Made by a program: the position numbers and the translations under genes
Notes under the pieces: generated by a model
Told to the model about the DNA's origin: nothing
Seen by the model: only the letters and a program-made list of their open reading frames with translations
Databases searched by the model: none
In this document: piece by piece, positions 10,071 through 18,795 of the stretch
Layout of the letters: every line of letters starts with the position of its first letter
Position numbering within the stretch: the stretch's first letter is position 1
Source: an uncultured bacterium
Lineage (GTDB): Bacteria; Actinomycetota; Thermoleophilia; Solirubrobacterales; 70-9
Length of the DNA: 64,000 bases
Direction of reading: 5' to 3'
Assembly (NCBI GenBank): GCA_963721645.1
Contig: CAVRJK010000002.1
Location: 1,273,762-1,337,761, forward strand

Positions 10071-10084
10071 CGAACGGATGTTCC
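10071..10084. promoter_or_regulatory. LexA (Cheo-type SOS) box candidate upstream of uvrA
   Basis: CGAACGGATGTTCC matches CGAACRNRYGTTYC at every constrained position. It lies 21-34 nt upstream of the uvrA start codon. Confidence 0.65.
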
Positions 10085-10110
10085 CTTGGAGATCCGAGGG
10101 GGAGCGCGGT

Positions 10111-10719
10111 CTAGCGCTTGGCGCGGGCCATCACGTCATCGAGCAGGGAATCCGAGCTGTCGATCTCGTAATTCTCACCGAGGTGGTTCTCGATCTCGTC
10201 ACGCGCGGCGCCGTCAAGGGCCATCTTCATCGCGACGATCCTGGCCGCGGTCGAGTCGTGCGAGCGATCGCTGGATCCGGTGAATCCGTTGGTGAGCTGA
10301 GGGGCATCGCGGTCCGGCTCGGCAGGCGCCGGCGGCTCTATCTCCGGCTCGGGCGGCAAGGGTTCGGGTTCAACCGGAGGCTGTGGCTCAGGCTCTGCAG
10401 GCGGCATCGGCTCAGGCTCTGCAGGCGGCATCGGCTCGGGTACCTCGGCCGGACCGGGATTGACCTCCGACGAGGGAGAGCGGCTGATCGTTCCCTCCAG
10501 GCTCGCGAGAGCCTCGCGGACCTGAGCGAGGCGCTCGTGCGCCTCGCCCTCTGCCCGCTCGCGGATCTTGGACGATTCGTCCTCAGCCTCGGCAATGAGC
10601 TCCTTGGCCCGGTCCTCGGCGCTCGCGACGATCTCACGCGCCTTGTCCTCGGCCTCGTCGAGCGCTGCCCGAACCCGCCCCGTCACATCTTCAAGAAGCT
10701 TTGCTGCATCCATGACCAT
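10111..10719 (-). CDS. Hypothetical coiled-coil / proline-rich protein
   Basis: N-terminal Glu/Ala/Arg-rich helix. Central EPEPMPPAEPEPMPPAEPEPQPPVEPEPLPPEPE repeats. C-terminal helical module AARIVAMKMALDGAARDEIENHL. ATG overlaps the stop of the upstream oxidoreductase (ATGA). Confidence 0.55.
   Translation of the reverse strand: MVMDAAKLLEDVTGRVRAALDEAEDKAREIVASAEDRAKELIAEAEDESSKIRERAEGEAHERLAQVREALASLEGTISRSPSSEVNPGPAEVPEPMPPAEPEPMPPAEPEPQPPVEPEPLPPEPEIEPPAPAEPDRDAPQLTNGFTGSSDRSHDSTAARIVAMKMALDGAARDEIENHLGENYEIDSSDSLLDDVMARAKR
10385..10432 (-). repeat. Exact 24-bp tandem duplication inside a CDS
   Basis: ggctcaggctctgcaggcggcatc occurs twice in tandem and encodes the repeated EPEPMPPA. 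Confidence 0.9.
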
Positions 10720-12596
10720 CAGGCTACAGCGGCAGCACGGCCTACCGCGCCACTCAAGGCCATGATCGAGACCTGAGGATTGACTCCCGGACAGCCTGGA
10801 AGGATCGATCCGTCGGCCACCCAGACCCCGGCGACGCCCCGCAGGGCACCCGTCGGCCCCACCGGATGACGGGCGGGATCTCCCCCTGCCGCCACGCTCC
10901 CGGTCGGATGAAACGCGGCCAGGTGCATGCTCTTCGGTTGCAGTTGCCGGAGCGCAGGTGCGATCTCTGCGTTCGCCCTGACCAACGGCGTGCCGGAGCC
11001 CATGTCGACGTGCTCGGCCCCGGCTGCCAGCATGATTCGCGCCATTGCGTCAAGCGCCTCGACGAGACGCCGACCGTCATGACGGGCAAGGCGGTAGCCG
11101 ACGACCGGTGTGCGCGAGCCGAAGACCCGGCCCGAAGGTGCGTCAGCGATCATCGCGCCGATTGCGGCCGTGTGGTCCGCGTCGTTGATGCGTTCGACCA
11201 GTTCGCGGCCGAATCCGGGCGTCAGCATCGAGCCCATTCCCGGGGGTGTCGAGGTCGCCTCGATCAGGATTCCTCGCGTTGAATGCAGCTCCTCGACGCC
11301 GGCGCTTTGCAGGACGCCATGCCACGCGGTGACCGGGTCGGCGAACCTCGCCGAGACGCCGATGGCCGGGTGGATTGAGAGACCCCGCCCGAGTCGCGGA
11401 TGACCACCCAGACCGCTCCGGCGAAGGAGAGCCGGCGTCTCGAGAGCGCCTCCGGAAACGATCACGCGCGGTGCCCGCAGGTCGATCGTTCTGCCGTCCG
11501 AGCGGACCGCCCGGACACCCGTCGCCCGCCCACCCCCGGTCAGCACCCCGGTCACGCGAAGGCGCGTCGCGATCGTGGCGCCCAGCTTGCAGGCCGCGGG
11601 CAACGCGTTCATGTGTACTCCCGCCTTGGCGTTGTTGGGACACCCGATCGCGCATTGGCAAGCACCTCTGCAGCCAGGAGCATTGCGGCGCAGCGGCCCG
11701 TGTTTCCAGCCCAGCGCTGCGGCGCCCGCCAGCGCAAGTTCGCCGTTCCTCCCCATCACCTCCATCGGCACCGGAGCGACCCCGATCATCTCCTCGACTT
11801 CGGCCAGCCGGTCCTGGAATCCCTCGCCGGCCAGTTCGAGGCCGGCGCCGCGCCAGACATCCACAACCGGAGCCGGAGGGCGATAGCAAGTGCCTGAGTT
11901 GACAACGGTCGTACCGCCGACAGCGCGGCCGGTCGGCAACGCGATGGGTGGAAGGCCGAGGGCGATCGTCGATCCGGCCTCGCGGTAGAGCGAGGCGAAT
12001 CGCTCGAGTGGGTGGGTCGAGCGGATCCGGCCCGAGGTCCAGCGCTCGCCCTCCTCGATGATCAGGACGTTGAGCCCTTCACGCACGAGCTCGAGTGCGG
12101 CGAAGGCGCCTCCCGCACCCGATCCGACCACGATCGCGTCGAATGACTCGCGGTCGGCGACATCGCTCGAGGGCCGGATCGAAAGCGGCGGGTCGGGGTG
12201 TGAAGGTGCGTGGAGCGAGCCGGTGCTCCGGATCTCAGGCGCGAACTCGTCACCTCCCGCGCCCATGAGAACCAGGGTCTTCAAGGCATCGATCGCGGCC
12301 GAACCGAGAGGCCCGGACGTCGCGATGCCCCGGATGAACTCAGCGCGATGGTCGCCGGGAAGGGCGCCGAGTCGCTTTCCGGTGGTTGCCAACGCCGCTG
12401 CCTGAATCGCGACCAGGCCGGCACCCACGCCGATTCGCTGGCGCGCCGGCATGCCATCGAGAAGGATTCGCGCCGCGGAAGCGACACGGCGCGGGTCCGG
12501 TCCGCCGGCCTCGGGCGGCAACAACGCGGCCGAGAACTCCGAAAGCGCCGACACCCGGCGCACCCTATTCATCCGCGAATCCGGAGCCCCCATCAT
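10719..12596 (-). CDS. GMC-family FAD-dependent oxidoreductase with N-terminal extension
   Basis: FDAIVVGSGAGGAFAALEL...LIIEEG, the ADP-binding beta-alpha-beta fold. C-terminal GVWVADGSILPGCPGVNPQVSIMAL. Confidence 0.8.
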   Translation of the reverse strand: MMGAPDSRMNRVRRVSALSEFSAALLPPEAGGPDPRRVASAARILLDGMPARQRIGVGAGLVAIQAAALATTGKRLGALPGDHRAEFIRGIATSGPLGSAAIDALKTLVLMGAGGDEFAPEIRSTGSLHAPSHPDPPLSIRPSSDVADRESFDAIVVGSGAGGAFAALELVREGLNVLIIEEGERWTSGRIRSTHPLERFASLYREAGSTIALGLPPIALPTGRAVGGTTVVNSGTCYRPPAPVVDVWRGAGLELAGEGFQDRLAEVEEMIGVAPVPMEVMGRNGELALAGAAALGWKHGPLRRNAPGCRGACQCAIGCPNNAKAGVHMNALPAACKLGATIATRLRVTGVLTGGGRATGVRAVRSDGRTIDLRAPRVIVSGGALETPALLRRSGLGGHPRLGRGLSIHPAIGVSARFADPVTAWHGVLQSAGVEELHSTRGILIEATSTPPGMGSMLTPGFGRELVERINDADHTAAIGAMIADAPSGRVFGSRTPVVGYRLARHDGRRLVEALDAMARIMLAAGAEHVDMGSGTPLVRANAEIAPALRQLQPKSMHLAAFHPTGSVAAGGDPARHPVGPTGALRGVAGVWVADGSILPGCPGVNPQVSIMALSGAVGRAAAVA

Positions 12597-12629
12597 TATC
12601 CGGCCGCATTTCCGGGTAGAAGTAGGCGA

Positions 12630-13754
12630 ATGCCAACCCCCAGGGAGATCAACCCGCTCTACAGGGCGGTACTTCTTGCCGCGGCGCTCCTTGTCCTGGG
12701 GCTGCTGTTCCGCGAGCTCTTGACGCTCATGGTCGCGATCCTGATCACGGTGATCGTCGCGATTCCCATGGCCCTGGCGGCGGACAACCTCGAGCGACGC
12801 GGCGTCCCGCGGTTCTTCGGCGCCTTGGGGGCCCTGGTCCTGGGGATCGCGGTCCTCGCGGGAACCGTCGCCCTGGTCATCCCGCCCTTTGTCGACCAGA
12901 CGCAGGAGTTCGTCGATTCGGTGCCGGGCACGCTCGAGGACCTCGAGGGCGAGCTTGCGGACACGTTCGGCATCTCACCCGCGGAGGTCGGCCAAAACGT
13001 TCAAGACTTCCTCCAGCGCTACACCGAGGACCCCGGGAGCCTGATCGGCCCCCTGGCCCAGATCGGCCTGAGCGTCGTCGGAATCCTTGCAGCGCTCATC
13101 TTCATGCTTCTCACCGCGTTTTACATCGCCGTGAACCCGCAGCCACTCGTGCGCGGAATGCTTTCGCTCTTTCCTCCAGGCCGGCGCGAGGCTGCCAACA
13201 ACCTGACGCTTCGTCTCCGCACCGCGTGGGTGGGCTGGCTCCAGGGAGTGCTCATAGACATGCTCGTGACCGGGGTCCTCTTGTTCCTCGGCTTGACCCT
13301 GATCGGACTCGAGTTCGCGATCTTCTTCGCGGTCTTCTCGGCCCTCCTTGTGGTCATCCCCTACTTCGGAGCGGTGCTGGGTGCTGTGCCCGTCTTCCTC
13401 TTCGCGCTCGCGGACTCGCCGACCACCGCGATCCTGGCGCTTGTCGTTTACATAGTCGTCCAGCAGATCGAGGGCAACGTGATCATCCCGCTCGTCATGG
13501 CCCAGCGCGTGAATCTCCACCCCGCCCTGATCGCGATCGGCGTCGTCCTGGTGGGACAGCTCTTCGGCTTCATCGGCCTTTTCGTCGCGGTACCGATCCT
13601 CTCTGCGGTGGTGATCCTGGTCGATGAGCTCTGGGTGAAGCCGATCCAAAATGAACGGGGCGTGGACACGGTGACCGAACGCGAGGTGCCGTCTCTTCTG
13701 AGCGCCGAAGGCCTGCCCTCTCCTCCCCAGTCTCAGCCGGGCCCGGTCGCTTAG
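12630..13754 (+). CDS. AI-2E family (PerM-like) transporter
   Basis: Multiple TM segments. IPYFGAVLGAVP and QQIEGNVIIPLVM motifs. ATG 12630 is within ORF 12210..13754, and the upstream part of that ORF overlaps the divergent gene. Confidence 0.85.
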   Translation: MPTPREINPLYRAVLLAAALLVLGLLFRELLTLMVAILITVIVAIPMALAADNLERRGVPRFFGALGALVLGIAVLAGTVALVIPPFVDQTQEFVDSVPGTLEDLEGELADTFGISPAEVGQNVQDFLQRYTEDPGSLIGPLAQIGLSVVGILAALIFMLLTAFYIAVNPQPLVRGMLSLFPPGRREAANNLTLRLRTAWVGWLQGVLIDMLVTGVLLFLGLTLIGLEFAIFFAVFSALLVVIPYFGAVLGAVPVFLFALADSPTTAILALVVYIVVQQIEGNVIIPLVMAQRVNLHPALIAIGVVLVGQLFGFIGLFVAVPILSAVVILVDELWVKPIQNERGVDTVTEREVPSLLSAEGLPSPPQSQPGPVA

Positions 13755-13810
13755 CGCCCAGCCTGGGGCCGGGTGCCGCCTCCGGCGCCCTCACGCCGCC
13801 TCTCCGGCCG

Positions 13811-15817
13811 TCAGGCGCCTGCCTGGAGCGACTCGAGGTCGCGCCTGAGTTCCTTCAGCTCGTCACGGATTCGCCCGGCCTCCTCGAAGCGGAGTTCCTC
13901 GGCCGCGACGACCATCTCCTCTTCGAGTTCGACGATCAGCTTTGCGAGGTCCTCGGGGCTCGTGATCTCCTCGTCGCCCACCTTGACGCGGCGGCGGCGC
14001 TTCGGCGAGGTCTTCGACTCCATCGAGAGGAACTCCGAGATGTCCGAGATGCCCTTTTGGACCGTCTCCGGGGTGATCCCGTGCTCCTTGTTGTAGGCGA
14101 GCTGAATCTCGCGGCGGCGGTCTGTTTCGGCGATCGCGAGGCGCATGGCCTGGGTCTCGCGATCGGCATACATGACGACCCGCCCGTCCTGGTTTCGCGC
14201 GGCGCGCCCGATGGTCTGGATCAGGCTGGTCTCGCCGCGGAGGAACCCCTCCTTGTCGGCGTCCAGGATCGCGACCAGCGAGACCTCGGGGAGGTCGAGG
14301 CCCTCGCGCAGGAGGTTGACCCCCACCAGGACGTCGTACTCGCCGAGGCGCAGGTCGCGGATGATCTGAATGCGTTCGAGCGTGTCCACCTCGGAGTGGA
14401 GGTAGCGAACCTTGAAACCGTGTTCGAGGAGATACCCGGTGAGGTCCTCGGACATCTTTTTCGTAAGGGTTGTGACCAGCGCACGCTCGCCCTTGTCGAC
14501 CGTGCGACGGACCTCGTTCATCAGGTCGTCGATCTGGTTCTTCGTCTCACGCACCTCGACGTCGGGATCGACGATGCCGGTCGGGCGGACGATCTGCTCG
14601 ACGATGAGAGACGCCTCGGTCTGTTCGAACTCGCCGGGAGTCGCCGACACCATCACGAGCTGGTTGATGCGCTTCATGTATTCGTCGAATCGGAGCGGAC
14701 GATTGTCGATGGCCGACGGCAGGCGGAAGCCGTGGTCGACCAGGGTGCGCTTGCGCGAACCGTCGCCCGCTGCCATGCCCGAGATCTGCGGGATCGTCTG
14801 GTGTGACTCGTCGACGAAGCAGACGAAGTCGTCGGGGAAGTAGTCGATCAGCGTGTGCGGTGGCGAGCCGGGCTCGCGACCGTCGAAGATCCGCGAGTAG
14901 TTCTCGATGCCCGAGGTAAAGCCGAGCTCCTTCATCATCTCGATGTCGTACTCGGTGCGCTGCTGAAGGCGATGGGCCTCGAGCAGCTTGCCGCGCTCGT
15001 TGAACCACTCGAGCCTTTCTGAGAGCTCGCGCTTGATCTCGATCAGGCCGCTCTCCATCGTCTCGTCCTCGGTCACGTAGTGACTCGCCGGCCAAACCGC
15101 CACATGGTCGATGTCGTCCAGGATCTCGCCCGTCAAAGGGTCGAAGTGGTGGATTGACTCGATCTCGTCGCCGAAGAGGTTCAGGCGGTAGGCCGACTCC
15201 GCGTATGCGGGGTAGATCTCCATCAACTCGCCCTTGGCGCGGAACGTCCCGCGGGTGAGCGCGGTCTCGTTGCGGTTGTACTGCATACGCACGAGCTTTT
15301 TGAAGAGCTCGTCGCGATCGATCACCTCCCCCACCTTGAAGAGCTCCATCTGCTTCGAATAGAGCTCGGGGGAGCCGATGCCGTAGATGCACGACACCGA
15401 GGCGACAATCACAACGTCACGCCGGGCAAGGAGCGCCGCGGTAGCCGCGTGCCTGAGGCGGTCGATTTCGTCGTTGATCGAAGAGTCCTTCTCGATGTAC
15501 AGGTCCTGCGCGGGGACGTACGCCTCGGGCTGGTAGTAGTCGTAGTACGAGACGAAGTACTCCACCGCGTTCTCGGGGAAGAACTCGCGAAACTCGTTGC
15601 AGAGCTGCGCGGCGAGCGTCTTGTTGTGCGCGATCACCAATGCCGGCCGCTGAACGCGCTCGATCGTCGCCGCCATCGTGAACGTCTTGCCCGTCCCGGT
15701 CGCGCCGAGGAGGGTCATGTACTTGTCTCCCGCTGCGATCCCCTTGGCCAGGCCTTCGATCGCCTTCGGCTGATCCGCGGTCGGCTCGTAAGCAGAGTTC
15801 AGCTTGAAATCGGGCAC
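13811..15817 (-). CDS. uvrB: Excinuclease ABC subunit B
   Basis: 668 aa. LLGATGTGKTFTMA, DESH, helicase motifs, and the C-terminal UVR domain (EEMVVAAEELRFEEAGRIRDEL). Confidence 0.98.
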   Translation of the reverse strand: MPDFKLNSAYEPTADQPKAIEGLAKGIAAGDKYMTLLGATGTGKTFTMAATIERVQRPALVIAHNKTLAAQLCNEFREFFPENAVEYFVSYYDYYQPEAYVPAQDLYIEKDSSINDEIDRLRHAATAALLARRDVVIVASVSCIYGIGSPELYSKQMELFKVGEVIDRDELFKKLVRMQYNRNETALTRGTFRAKGELMEIYPAYAESAYRLNLFGDEIESIHHFDPLTGEILDDIDHVAVWPASHYVTEDETMESGLIEIKRELSERLEWFNERGKLLEAHRLQQRTEYDIEMMKELGFTSGIENYSRIFDGREPGSPPHTLIDYFPDDFVCFVDESHQTIPQISGMAAGDGSRKRTLVDHGFRLPSAIDNRPLRFDEYMKRINQLVMVSATPGEFEQTEASLIVEQIVRPTGIVDPDVEVRETKNQIDDLMNEVRRTVDKGERALVTTLTKKMSEDLTGYLLEHGFKVRYLHSEVDTLERIQIIRDLRLGEYDVLVGVNLLREGLDLPEVSLVAILDADKEGFLRGETSLIQTIGRAARNQDGRVVMYADRETQAMRLAIAETDRRREIQLAYNKEHGITPETVQKGISDISEFLSMESKTSPKRRRRVKVGDEEITSPEDLAKLIVELEEEMVVAAEELRFEEAGRIRDELKELRRDLESLQAGA

Positions 15818-15881
15818 TCATTCACTGTAGCCCGCGTTCCGGGCGGGGTTCGGGCGGCCGCGCCTTGCTTACATCCGAGGG

Positions 15882-17208
15882 ATGAGCGACGAGCGCATGG
15901 GCCTCGCCGGAACCCTCGCGCTGATCGCCGCGACGCTCATCGCCGTGTTCGGAGTCGCGCTGAGCCGCGAGGACGAAGTGAAGACGCCGGTCGGAGCGGA
16001 CAGCCCTCCGACCCGAGAAGGCGCTCAGCTTGATTCGGAGGAGCTCTTGGAGCTGAGCATGAGGCGGGCACCCGTGGTCGCCCGCAGGGTCGCGGAGATC
16101 CGAGGGATCGCATTCGAAGACGTCCCGGGGCCGCAGGTGACCGATACCGAGGCGCTCAGGGCCCTGGCCGAGAACGAGGTCGCAAAGCCGAAAGCTGCCA
16201 AGGCCATCGCTGCGAGCGATGCCGAGCTGAAGCTGCTCGGCTTGCTCGAGCCGGACGAGAGCCTCGCCGAGGTGACCACGGACGTGACGGCCGACGCGGC
16301 GGCTTACTACGACACCCGGGAGAAGGAGCTCTTTCTGCTGGGCGACGCGGTGCCCGCCGGGCCCGCGTTGGCAGAGTTCGTCCTTGCTCACGAGCTGAAC
16401 CACGCGCTGGAGGATCAGGTCTTCGGGTTGCCCGGGTCGGTTGGCTCCTCCGACGATCAGGTGCTGGCCGAGTCCGCGCTGGTGGAAGGGTCCGCAACCG
16501 CGCTCATGACCGAGTACGCGGCCCAGCACCTGGCCATCACCGACCTGCTGAGCGATTCGGGCTCGCTGGAGAGCGAAACCGCCGATCTGCCGCCGATTGC
16601 TCTGGCGCAGGTCACCTTCGCCTACCTCGGCGGACAGCGCTTTGTGGAACGAGCTCCGCGCAAACGCGAACGGAGGTTGGGACCTCGTGGACTTCGCCTA
16701 CCAGGCGCGGCTTCCCGCGACGACCGAGCAGATCCTCCACCCCGAGAAGTACCTATCGGACGAAGGCGCTCTGCCGGTGCCTGGCGTTCCCGATGCGGGG
16801 CCGGGCTGGAAGGAGGCCGACGACGGCACCGTGGGCGAGTTCTTCACGCGCGAGATCCTGCGCCAGGATGCCGAAGAGATCGGTGCCGACGCCGCGGCCG
16901 CAGGCTGGGGCGGCGATGAGTACCGGTTCTTTCGCCGGGCCGGCGCGCCGGCGGAGTGCGGAATCCATTGCCGTGCCGACCACGCGCTGGCGATCGTGTG
17001 GAGAGGTGATGATGAGAGGGAGGCCGCCGAGCTCCGCACGGCGCTCGCGGCGTACGTCGAGCGTTCGCTTGAAGCGGCCCCTGGCGAGGGCGGCGTCCGG
17101 CCGCTCGAGAGCGGGTGGGCGGCGGTCGGGGGCAGTGGCGATGTCGTGACGCTCGCGCTCGCGCCCGACGAAGCTCTCGCCCGCCGGCTCTCGACTCCGG
17201 TCGAGTAG
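15882..17208 (+). pseudogene. Membrane-anchored HExxH (gluzincin-like) metalloprotease-like gene, reading frame broken near 16641-16650
   Basis: ORF 15882..16919 carries an N-terminal TM, LAHELNHALEDQ and ALVEGSAT, then turns Arg-rich after ...YLGGQRFV. ORF 16597..17208 in the next frame continues sensibly (NELRANANGGWDLVDFAYQARLPATTEQILHPEKY...). Confidence 0.6.
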
Positions 17209-17219
17209 CTTCGAGCGCC

Positions 17220-17591
17220 TTGACGATTTCGCAGAAAGCTCTCGCCGCCTTCTTCAGCTTCACGGGGATCATGCACTTCGTGATTCCCAAGACGTACGAG
17301 GCCATCGTGCCCGACTACGTTCCGATCAGCGCCGAGGCCGCGGTCTTTCACTCGGGCTGGGCCGAGCTGGCGGGAGGACTCGCAGTCATCCCGCCCGCGA
17401 CCAGGAACATCGCGCGGTGGTGGCTGATCGCCCTGCTGGTCGCCGTCTTCCCCGCCAACGTCCACATGGCCGTGGCGCCCGAGCAGGTACGCGGGCTCGA
17501 CCTGGACAGGATCCCGCGCTGGTCGCTCTGGGCGCGCCTACCGCTTCAGCTCGCCGCGATCATCTGGGTCTGGCGAGCAACCGAAAACTGA
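17220..17591 (+). CDS. DoxX-like small integral membrane protein
   Basis: ...FSFTGIMHFVIPKTYEAIVP...SGWAELAGGLAVIP...LIALLVAVFPANVHMA. Start tentatively TTG 17220. Confidence 0.55.
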   Translation: MTISQKALAAFFSFTGIMHFVIPKTYEAIVPDYVPISAEAAVFHSGWAELAGGLAVIPPATRNIARWWLIALLVAVFPANVHMAVAPEQVRGLDLDRIPRWSLWARLPLQLAAIIWVWRATEN

Positions 17592-17610
17592 GCCTTCGGG
17601 TTAGACGACG

Positions 17611-18189
17611 TCAGTCGAGCCCAAGCTCTTCCGCGTAATTATCCGCATAGAGCCTGCGCTTCTCGAGCACGGAATCCACGTAAGAGCGGGTCTCCGGGAA
17701 CTCGATGTCATCAACCTCGAGCGCTGATCCACCCCACGCCTCGGCGTTCTCGGGCCCGCCGTTGTAGGCCGCCAGGGCGGCGACCTCATTGCCGCCGAAC
17801 CGCTCGAGCAGATGGTCCAGGTAAAAGGTGCCGTACCGGATGTTCAGGTCTGGATTCGCGAGATCTTCGAAAACGAAGGTCTGGCCGCCCGAAAGCGTCT
17901 CGATCGTGTCGGCGGTGTCCGGCGTGATCTGCATCAGCCCCCGCGCACCCGCGCTTGAAGTCTGGTCGACGAATCCAGACTCCTGGTTGATGATGGCCGC
18001 GATCAGGGCGGCGTCCAGGTCGAAGCGCTCGGCCTGCTGGATGATGATGTCGTCGTGGCGCAGGGGCAGGGTCACCTCCTTGATCGTTTCGCCGAAGTCG
18101 ATCCTTGACATCACGAAGGCGGCGACGCCGCCGATCGCCGCGATCAGCAGGACAAAACGAAGTACGCGCCCGCGACGTGTCGCGCTCAC
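17611..18189 (-). CDS. Lytic transglycosylase (SLT domain) with N-terminal TM anchor
   Basis: IINQESGF...ARGLMQITPDTA...AAYNGGPEN. GTG start overlaps the coaE stop (GTGA). Confidence 0.85.
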   Translation of the reverse strand: MSATRRGRVLRFVLLIAAIGGVAAFVMSRIDFGETIKEVTLPLRHDDIIIQQAERFDLDAALIAAIINQESGFVDQTSSAGARGLMQITPDTADTIETLSGGQTFVFEDLANPDLNIRYGTFYLDHLLERFGGNEVAALAAYNGGPENAEAWGGSALEVDDIEFPETRSYVDSVLEKRRLYADNYAEELGLD

Positions 18190-18785
18190 CCCCCGGCTCC
18201 CGAAATGAGCTGAGGCCAGATGGCCTGGAGCTTTGTTTCAAGGTCCTCCAGACTGCCGTCGTTTGCGACAACCCATGTGGCCCGCTCGGACTTCTCGGCC
18301 TCGGTCAGCTGCCTGCCGGACCGGCCTTCGACGCCGGCGTCGCCGCGCGCCTCCAGCCATGAAGCACGCCGATCACCGGCAACGACGACCAGGACTCCGT
18401 CGAACCCCGCCTCCATGCCGGCCTCGAAGAGCAGCGGGACCTCCACGACCGCCAGTTCGACCTCGGGCGCAAGCGCCTGGCGCCACTCCCAAACCATCTC
18501 GCCCACCTTGGGATGGGTGATCGACTCCAGCCAGCGGAGCTCGTCTGGGTCGCTGAAGACGATTCCACCAACGGCCTTGCGGTCGACGACGCCCTCGATT
18601 GCAACCGTGTCGCCCCAACGCTCGACGAGCTTTGCCACCACGTCCCGTTCTGCGAGGGCCTCGTGGGCTACCTCGTCCGTCGAGAGGGTCGAAGCGCCAA
18701 GCCGCGCAAGCGCGCGCAGTGCTTCAGACTTGCCGGAGCCAATTGCCCCGGTCAGACCGACAAACGCTGGCCGGGGCGCCCCCAA
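18186..18785 (-). CDS. coaE: Dephospho-CoA kinase
   Basis: VGLTGAIGSGKSE P-loop, in the conserved position downstream of rpsA. Confidence 0.9.
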   Translation of the reverse strand: MGAPRPAFVGLTGAIGSGKSEALRALARLGASTLSTDEVAHEALAERDVVAKLVERWGDTVAIEGVVDRKAVGGIVFSDPDELRWLESITHPKVGEMVWEWRQALAPEVELAVVEVPLLFEAGMEAGFDGVLVVVAGDRRASWLEARGDAGVEGRSGRQLTEAEKSERATWVVANDGSLEDLETKLQAIWPQLISGAGG

Positions 18786-18795
18786 GGCGCCTCGC

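Noticed and set aside
12210-12629. N-terminal 140 codons of ORF 12210..13754
   Set aside because: This region overlaps the divergent GMC oxidoreductase gene and translates to Arg-rich sequence. The transporter's hydrophobic core begins right after ATG 12630.
15818-15881. SOS box upstream of uvrB
   Set aside because: It contains tandem GTTC(C)GGGCGG direct repeats but no GAAC-N4-GTTC palindrome. A TACAGT hexamer 7 nt from the GTG suggests a simple, possibly leaderless, promoter.
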